The notes under the pieces are model-generated. The model did no database searches. It was given only the letters and a program-made list of their open reading frames with translations, and was not told the origin of the DNA. Below, in pieces: positions 53,115 to 64,000 of a stretch of 64,000 nt of DNA. A program made the translations under genes and the position numbers. The DNA is from Eledone cirrhosa (taxonomy: Eukaryota): assembly GCA_964016885.1 (NCBI GenBank), contig OZ024761.1, positions 20,274,001 through 20,338,000 on the forward strand. Reading direction: 5' to 3'. Numbering within the stretch: position 1 is the first letter of the stretch; the number at the start of each line of letters is the position of its first letter.

Positions 53115-53330
53115 CGATAGATAGGTAGATAGATCGATGTTTCGGCTTTAAAAATTGGTCACAAATAGCTTTAGCTGATAACATATTTAACGATTGGAAA
53201 TCAACTGATCGATATCTGTGAGTGGTGAACTACAGCAGCTTGTGGCCAAAACTATATATCGAACAGCATCAATTTTAAACAACAGCAGCAGCAACAGCAG
53301 CAACAGCAGCAACAACAACAACAACAACAA

Positions 53331-53512
53331 CAGTGGATTGGCAGTAATCGGTAGAGCATTGGACATCAAGCTTTGCAGCCTAGAGTTACGGTACTTTATA
53401 CAACTATAAAGTACCAGTAATGCACTGGGGTCGATTTAATCGACTGTCGTCGTCCCCCACCCCACCCCCCACTACAAAATCGTTGGCCTTGTGCCTAAAT
53501 CAGAAGTCATTA
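53331..53512 (+). mobile_element. tRNA-derived SINE, family A (internally deleted)
   Basis: gtggattggcagtaatcggtagag...aaagtaccagtaatgcactgggg...ggccttgtgcctaaa. Confidence 0.8.
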
Positions 53513-53521
53513 ATATAGCAA

Positions 53522-53802
53522 TATGGTTTCTTATATAGGCACAAGGCCAGCAATTTTGGGGGATTAGAATCAACCCCAGTGCATTACTGGTACTTTATTT
53601 TATCGACCCTGTAAGGACGAAAGGTATCTTAACTCAGATCATAAAGGGCCATAACTTTATGCTGCAAAGCATGGCGTCCGACCCTCTACCGATACTGCCA
53701 ATCCACCGCCCTAGCATGGCGTCCGACCCTCTACCGATACTGCCAATCCACCGCCCTAGCATGGCGTCCGACCCTCTACCGATACTGCCAATCCACCCCC
53801 CT
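53522..53802 (-). mobile_element. tRNA-derived SINE, family A, with triplicated 45-bp head
   Basis: agcatggcgtccgaccctctaccgatactgccaatccaccgccct at 53668, 53713 and 53758. Confidence 0.85.
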
Positions 53803-55183
53803 CATTAATATAGTAATATAAAAACAATATATAGTAAAAAATATCCACCCAATTGCTCTGCATTACTGCGGAGAGAATATCAGTTCCATTATTCCATTAT
53901 TCTCGTCTTCTTTTTCGTAAAATAATTTGCAATAATTTACAATAATTAAGAAACTATTTATTTTCCGTATTAATCTTTTTGTTTAAGCTATTAAGTTGAT
54001 TTAGCTTTCGTTTCTTTTAATAATCGCAGACAGATAGAGTTTCACAGACCTCGTCTTCTTTTACACATTATTAAACTTAATTTGTTGCAATCCTCGTAGC
54101 TTTATTGTTTTGTGAGGGGTTTGGGAGGTTGCTTTTTATACAATTTTCATGGCTAATACAGAATTTTATCTGGGGGAAAAATAACAAAAGGAATCAAAAT
54201 GGACGTTTGTTTTGTTTTTGTTTGTGAGTTAATACAATTATTTTGTTACCGTATGATGTATGGATGTGTGTGTGAGTGAGTGTAAGTGTGTGTGTAAGTG
54301 TGTGTAAGTGTGTGTAAGTGTGTGTGTAAATGTGTGTAAGTGTGTGTAAGTGTGTGTATGTATGTATGTTTATATGTATGATGTCTATGTGCGTGAGACT
54401 CTATGTATGTGAGTATGTGCGTCCGTGTGTATGTATGCATGTATACATGTATGTATGTATGTGTGCACGTACGTACGTATATATATATATATGTATGTAT
54501 GTATATATATATATATATATATATAAATACAAATTTTAGTACAGCATTAACGAAGCTTTAGTTCGCGGCCAAGCTAACGAATGCAAATTCGGTCTGTAGC
54601 TTTAGCACTCGGATGGGGAAAAGTACCCCAGAGTAATAATAATACGTTTAGACAGCTTAGCAAATCAAATATAGCGGTCGGCAGTCCAGCCGCATCACTA
54701 GAGTAACGAAAGTACAGGGCTCAGGAAAAGATTTTAGACTGACCTGGACAAAACGGTGAGACTGAATGCAAAATATATAATGCATATCGTATAGCACACA
54801 ATATACATCACATATAGCACACAACAACAGCGCTAGGTTTCTGCAAATCAAGATCGACAAATTCCGATTGCAGGAGTCTGCAATTTAATGGTTTTTGACG
54901 ACAGAACAAACGATTTCCTTCTTCAGCAAGTCTTGTATTTTTTAGCCTCCGCGGTTATGCTCTAGCATTAAATTTCGCTATAGACACGTGGTTTTCTCCA
55001 AGGGAGGTAACCCCCGCTTTGGCGGTGAATTCCAATTTGAGACAAAGGAATAAATTCCTTTAGACAAACCGAATTAAGCACTCAACCAGAAGTTATCAAA
55101 CAAACAGAAACAATTAATCAATCAATAGAATCGTCTAATTAAATTAATCAGTTTATCGTTAATTCTAGGAGTATGTATGTATG

Positions 55184-55264
<81 letters not shown>

Positions 55265-56144
55265 GTAATTCAGTACGAAGTAGGAAGGACTCTATAAAAA
55301 AATGTTCTCTTCACATTGTTTAGTAAATTACATATTTTAATATATGTTATGGAAAAAGACATTGGCATTGCGTATCTTCGTATTTAGCAGAGGTTTTATG
55401 GGCACTTAGCACTTGCTGGAGTCGTAGGGACGCCGTAGTGACGTGTATTTAAACCTGGCAGATCCTATCTCCTCTGCAGGTCTCTAGACACTTAACACTT
55501 GCTGGTGTATTTATTGTACGATATATCGTGGACATATTTAAAACATGGCGGAGTCTATCGCCTCCTCTCCAGGTCTGTACAGAGAGAGGAAGGGAGAGAG
55601 AGAGCGGTGGCAGCAAGAGAGAGAGAGGTGGGAGCAAGAGAGAGGGAGGAATAGAGAGAGAGGTAGGAGAGAGAGAGGAAGGAAGAGAGAGGAAGGGAGA
55701 GAGGTGGGAGCAAGAGAGAGGAAGAAAGAGTGATGGTGACAGAGAGAGGGAGAGAGAGGGAGAGAGAGAGAGAGAGAGAGTGGTGCGAGCAAGAGAGAGA
55801 GAGAGGAAGAGAGAGAAGTAGGAGAGAGAGAGAGGTAGGAGAGAGAGGTAGGAGAGAGAGAGAGAGGTAGGAGAGAGAGAGAGGTAGGAGAGAGAGGTGG
55901 GAGCAAGAGAGAGGAAGGAATGGAGAGAGGGAGAGGAAGAAAGAGTGATGGTGACAGAGAGAGAATGACTCCTACTCCATCTAACATCCACTAATTCCGT
56001 TACAAAACGTCTCTCATTGTTCTTCATTTTTTCCTCCCACCCCTCCCCCTCTCTATCCCTCCTTCCCCTCCTTCCCCCTCTCTACTAACTTATGCTCCTC
56101 TCCCTCCTCCTCCTCTACAATTTCATATTTTCAGCCATATCTCC

Positions 56145-56258
<114 letters not shown>

Positions 56259-56263
56259 ATATG

Positions 56264-56340
<77 letters not shown>

Positions 56341-56341
56341 G

Positions 56342-56390
<49 letters not shown>

Positions 56391-56497
56391 GTATATATAT
56401 ATATATTAATAGATATATATATACATATACGTATATATATATATATATATGTATATAAGTATATATATATATATATATAATATATATTTATATATAC

Positions 56498-56554
<57 letters not shown>

Positions 56555-56618
56555 CATATATATATATACATATATATATATATTATATATATATATATAT
56601 AATATATATATATATATA

Positions 56619-56725
<107 letters not shown>

Positions 56726-57034
56726 TGGCGAGGCTTTATTGATTATTCTAGATTTTTTCCTCTAGCTAATCGTGAAACCTAACACTTATACCAATATCAG
56801 CAACACTTTTACCGCCCACAACAACAACAACAATAGCAACAACAACAATACTACCACCACAACCACCACCAACAGCAACACCAACAACAGCAGCAACAGC
56901 AACAACAGCAACAACAACAACAACAACAACAACAACGGCAATAACAGAATAACTATGTTATTGAAAATATATACGTTCTCATGTATGTGTGTGTGTTTGT
57001 GCGTGTGTGTGTGTGGTTTAGGATGGAGATGTTG

Positions 57035-57109
<75 letters not shown>

Positions 57110-57174
57110 TAATAATAATAATAATAATAATAATGATGATGATGATTTCTTTATTGGCCACAAGGGTGACATTA

Positions 57175-57261
<87 letters not shown>

Positions 57262-58086
57262 AAGAAGAAGAAGAAGAAGAAGAAGAAGAAGAAGAAGAAG
57301 AAGAAGAAGAAGAAGAAGAAGAAGAAGAAGAAGAAGATATATACAATTCTCCAATAATGCTGTAAGCAATATCTAAAATATGATATTAATCTCTATTGTA
57401 TCTCCAATGTCAATCGTTCTCCACATCAACTTACATCAAAATATGAAATTTGCCAAAGAATGAAGAAAATAAAAAGTATTATTTCTTAAACTGAAAGAAA
57501 AACAAAATCCAAAAAGATCCAAAAAGACATGAAAAGATCCGGAAAAAAGATCCGGAAAAAAGATATCTATATGAGACAAAAGTTCTTGTTTTACTTTTGG
57601 ATCATATCTAAAATCCGAAATTACGCATAAATATTATTTATATTTCCGTACAAAGGAGAGAAACCTTTTAAATTCTATACCAAGATGAGATGTTAAAGAA
57701 AACCTATAAATCTATTATTTCATTACAAACTGTAAATATATATATATTTTTTTCAAATATCTAACTTCAAGATGGAGACAAGATCTAACGAAAATATGAG
57801 TGCATTTTATTTCCAACAAATATATATATATTTCTTTTTCAAATACGAAAGTAAGGAATGTAATAGATATCTAACAAAAATATAAGTACGTCTTATTGGG
57901 TGTAGCCATGCTGGGACCCCGTAACTCCTGAGAGAGTCCCAGGGGCGCCATATTGATATACAGGGTTTCCAGCACATTGTTTAAACCTGACGGAGCCCAA
58001 TCTTCTCTCCAGGTTTGAATACAGCAGATTTCTTCCAGAGAAGGAGAGAGGGTATGAGAGAGTGAGAGAGAGTGAAAGAGAGTGAT

Positions 58087-58130
<44 letters not shown>

Positions 58131-58185
58131 TGAGAGAGTGGGAGAGAGATATAGAAGAAGAATCGACCCGAGCATTAGACTGGTA

Positions 58186-58243
<58 letters not shown>

Positions 58244-58456
58244 CATACATGCTTATACACATACAAACATGCATACATACTTTAAGGTAAATAAACACGG
58301 ACAGACAGATAGAGAGACAGAGAGAGAGACAGAGAGACAGACAGAGAGACAGACAGAGAGACAGACAGACAGACAGCGAGACAGACAGACTGACAGATAT
58401 AGACACGTTGAGAAAGACAGGTAGAGAGAGAGAGGTATATATATAGAGAGAGACAG

Positions 58457-58503
<47 letters not shown>

Positions 58504-58595
58504 GAGAGGTAGAGAGAGAGAGGTATATATATAGAGAGAGACAGGTAGAGAGAGAGAGAGAGAGAGAGAGGTAGAGAGGTAGAGAGAGAGAGAGG

Positions 58596-58653
<58 letters not shown>

Positions 58654-58797
58654 TATAGAAATGGCTGGAACTAAAGTCAACGTTGATATAGAAGCAGTAC
58701 TTTGTAAATTGTTCAACAGACAATTTATTGATTTTGGCACAGGAATCACTTCTTGGAGCGTTCGACCTTTTAAATAAACCGACTGTGTATAGACATG

Positions 58798-59635
58798 ATG
58801 GTGGTGGTGGTGGTGGTGGTGGTGGTGGTGGTGGTGGTGGTGGTGGTGGTGGTGGTGGTGGTGGTGGTGGTGGTGGTCTGGGGGGTATGGTGGTGCTAGG
58901 GGGTGTGGGGGGGGGGGTATTGTGGTGGTGGTGGTGATGGTGGTGCTAGGGGGGGTATTGTGGTGGTGGTGGTGGTGGTGGTGATGGTGGTAGTATAGTG
59001 GTGGTGGTGGTGGTGGTGATGGTGGTAGTATAGTGGTGGTGGTGGTGGTGGTGGTGATGGTGGTAGTATAGTGGTGGTGGTAGTGGTGGTGGTGGTATAG
59101 TGGTGGTGGTAGTGGTGGTGGTGGTATAGTGGTGGTAGTGGTGGTAGTATAGTGATGGTGGTGGTGGTGGTGGTGGTAGAGTGGTGGTGGTGGTGGTGGT
59201 AGAGTGGTGGTGGTGGTGGTGGTGGTGGTGGTAGAGTGGTGGTGGTGGTGGTGGTGGTGGTAGAGTGGTGGTGGTGGTGGTGGTGGTGGTGGTGGTATAG
59301 TAGTGGTAGCGGTAGTGGTAGTGGTAGTGGTAGCGGTAGTGGTAGTGGTAGTGGTAGTGGTGGTGGTGGTATAGTGGTGGTGGTGGTATGGTAGTGGTAG
59401 TGGTATGGTAGTGGTAGTGGTAGTGGTATAGTGGTAGTGGTGGTATGGTAGTGGTAGTGGTAGTGGTATAGTGGTAGTGGTGGTATGGTAGTGGTAGTGG
59501 TAGTGGTGGTATGGTAGTGGTAGTGGTAGCGGTAGTGGTAGTGGTAGTGGTATAGTGGTAGTGGTGGTATGGTAGTGGTAGTGGTAGTGGTGGTATGGTA
59601 GTGGTATGGTAGTGGTAGTGGTAGTGGTGGTGATC
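58798..59635. repeat. (GGT)n/(GGTAGT)n microsatellite
   Basis: Direct reading; source of the spurious 473-aa ORF. Confidence 0.95.
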
Positions 59636-59814
59636 ATATTGATGGTATTGTTAGTGGTCCTTATCTTGTTTTTTGTCTGTTTTTCGAATACTTCTCGCAA
59701 CATGGAGGTGGAAGGGCTGGAGTAGTGGGAGGAGCAGTAACTGCCCTTTTCTCAATTTCCACTGTCGTGCTTATGTGTAGCATCAGACCATGTGTCTGTA
59801 ATATACGAAAATCC

Positions 59815-61030
<1,216 letters not shown>

Positions 61031-61501
61031 GAGACGTATAGAGACGTATATACTCACACGAAAGACTGTAAGAACTATTCCAAGGATAGACTGTTAAAAG
61101 AATAGATAGGATAATCTGTCTTAGAACAAGATTGAGATTAGGAATTCTAAGTGAAGAAAATAAAACCAGAATTATTACGTGTAGAGCATTCCTTATAAGG
61201 GAATAAAGAAAATAAACCAAAACCAATAGCAAAAAGAAAAGCAAAAATAACATTTTAAAAGATAAGAAGAGAGAAAACAAAATGGAGGAAAGGGTTTTTA
61301 AAATATCAGGGGAGATAACTAGAACGTGATATGGATTGATAAAAAAGTTGTAGAAGGAAAGAAGGAGCGGAAATAGAAAGTAGGTAGAGTAATGTTTGAA
61401 GTAAAATTGAAGGAGAGAAAGATGAATTATGGGTAGAAATGGTAATAAATTATTTCTTTTGAGTTTTATGTATGTACGTTGATATATATATATACGTATA
61501 T

Positions 61502-61585
<84 letters not shown>

Positions 61586-61610
61586 GAAAGGGAAAAGCCA
61601 ACAGCACTCC

Positions 61611-61744
<134 letters not shown>

Positions 61745-61854
61745 AGTGTGTGTCTGTATAAATGAACATATCTGAATGTGTGTGTTTGTGTGAATATATT
61801 TATATATATATGTCAGTGGATGAATATATATGTATGTATGTATGTATGTGTGAG

Positions 61855-61942
<88 letters not shown>

Positions 61943-62800
61943 GAAAGTATAGAAATTATTGTGAGCATGAAGCCAACAGTATTTCATAATATATAAGTGA
62001 CTATAACGCCAAAATGGAAAAATAATTAACGTAAGATGTGGGAAAATAGTTCAAACTCAATTTTTTAAAAATCAAGACAGATTTGTCCACGGTTTTGTGA
62101 AATCCAGGGAAAACTCAATAGAGCCTTAATTCTGAATAAAATAAAGTTTAAATACTCATCCTTCAATTTGGAAAAACTACAAATGCTCTATATAGTCTTA
62201 AAAAGACTATTTCACGAAACTTTCAGTGGGGATGGTCACGGTTGTAGTCGTTCATCAGTAGAGCTGAAACACAATAACCCTAGTACCACTGCTACATACA
62301 TACAATCATATATATATATATATTGTAACCATTTTCTGAATAATGGTCGAACGAGGATTCTGAACTCACCGACGTCACATCTTCACAATGACAAACATGG
62401 ACATACAGCATCATTAGTGCAAATATCCATTACCTGGAATCGAAAAGAGAACGCAGACTGTAAAATGCCGGAAAAATACTACAGACTATATTCTCAGACA
62501 CTCTACCGTTCCTGGCAGTGCTAGACGTCCTTTAATTATGATAATGAAACACAAGACATTTGTGTCAAATTGTTTTCACCTTTTCAAGTTGTCGTTGACA
62601 GTTTGGATTGCTTCTGCGGGAAATATCTTGTCATCATTTCCCCACACCAGGTGAGGCTAGCAGCACTATATATATGAATATATATATATATGAATATATA
62701 TATATATGAATATATATATATATGAATATATATATATATGAATATATATGAATATATATATATATGAATATATATGAATATATATATATATGAATATATA

Positions 62801-62968
<168 letters not shown>

Positions 62969-63027
62969 ATATATATAAATATGTATATATATGTATATAT
63001 ATATATTTATATATATGTGTGTATATT

Positions 63028-63092
<65 letters not shown>

Positions 63093-63542
63093 ATATATGT
63101 GTATGTTTGTATATATATTTATATATGTATATATATATATGTGTATATATATATATATGTGTGTGTGTATATATGTATATATATATGAGTGTGTGTGTAT
63201 ATATATATGTATGTATGTGTATATATATTTGTATATGTATGTTTGTGTGTATATATATATATGGGGAGTTATGTATTTATATATATATGTGTGTGTGTAT
63301 GTGTATATGTATGTATATATATGTGTGTGTGTATGTCTATGTGTATATATATATGTGTGTGTGTGTGTGTGTAAATGATTCAATTGTGTTTTTCTTATGT
63401 TTTTGTCGTTTTTCTCTTCTCCCTTGACTCTGCCTCTATATTGATCGATAAATCAATTATCTATCATTGTTGTCAATAGATCGACGCCAATTGAAAGTAT
63501 GCTTGTAAAGCCTGGTGTTTCATCTCTCTCTCATCTGCATGG

Positions 63543-63581
<39 letters not shown>

Positions 63582-63585
63582 CATA

Positions 63586-63704
<119 letters not shown>

Positions 63705-63927
63705 ACATGATTATATGTATATACACAGAAACCAGTTATTGAGTGTGACTGTGGCCTGATTACGTTCGTCTTCTTAGTTCCAATAGATTATACATCTATC
63801 TATCTATCTATATATATATATGTATCTGTCTATATATCTATCTCTCTCTCTCCATATATATATAAATATATATATATACATATATATATATACATACATA
63901 TACAAATATATATATACATATATATAC

Positions 63928-64000
<73 letters not shown>

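Noticed and set aside
61095-61470. Possible CR1/L2-like LINE 3' remnant (minus strand, ..[10 protein letters not shown]..)
   Set aside because: Only one short motif in low-complexity sequence; insufficient support.
62215-62262. Minus-strand CTGATGA...GAAA
   Set aside because: No stem II pairing.

Overview
Eukaryotic, very repeat-rich genomic window, most likely an octopus or other coleoid cephalopod (inferred from the SINE types, the extreme (TA)n content and the GPCR). Only one intact protein-coding gene is visible: an intronless 5-HT6-like aminergic GPCR (32673-33785, +). The rest consists of (i) satellites: a 62-bp array, a 24/25-bp array, a ~71-bp array and a >14-kb hierarchical A-tract satellite that runs into a 200-N gap; (ii) many tRNA-derived SINEs; (iii) decayed LINE fragments (RTE, R4/Dong-like, L1/Tx1-like); (iv) a non-autonomous Helitron; and (v) a Penelope-like element (PLE) remnant with a GIY-YIG domain. 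Almost all other ORF-track entries are microsatellite translations. The main hidden signal is about 7 type I hammerhead ribozyme motifs from several families, mostly in short unique islands between (TA)n tracts. Related to these are fold-back palindromes made of hammerhead halves and a ~30-copy 71-bp satellite (10777-13045) whose monomer aligns with one of the hammerhead families, i.e. a satellite apparently born from a ribozyme. All alignments and folds were done by eye, and no ribozyme activity has been shown.
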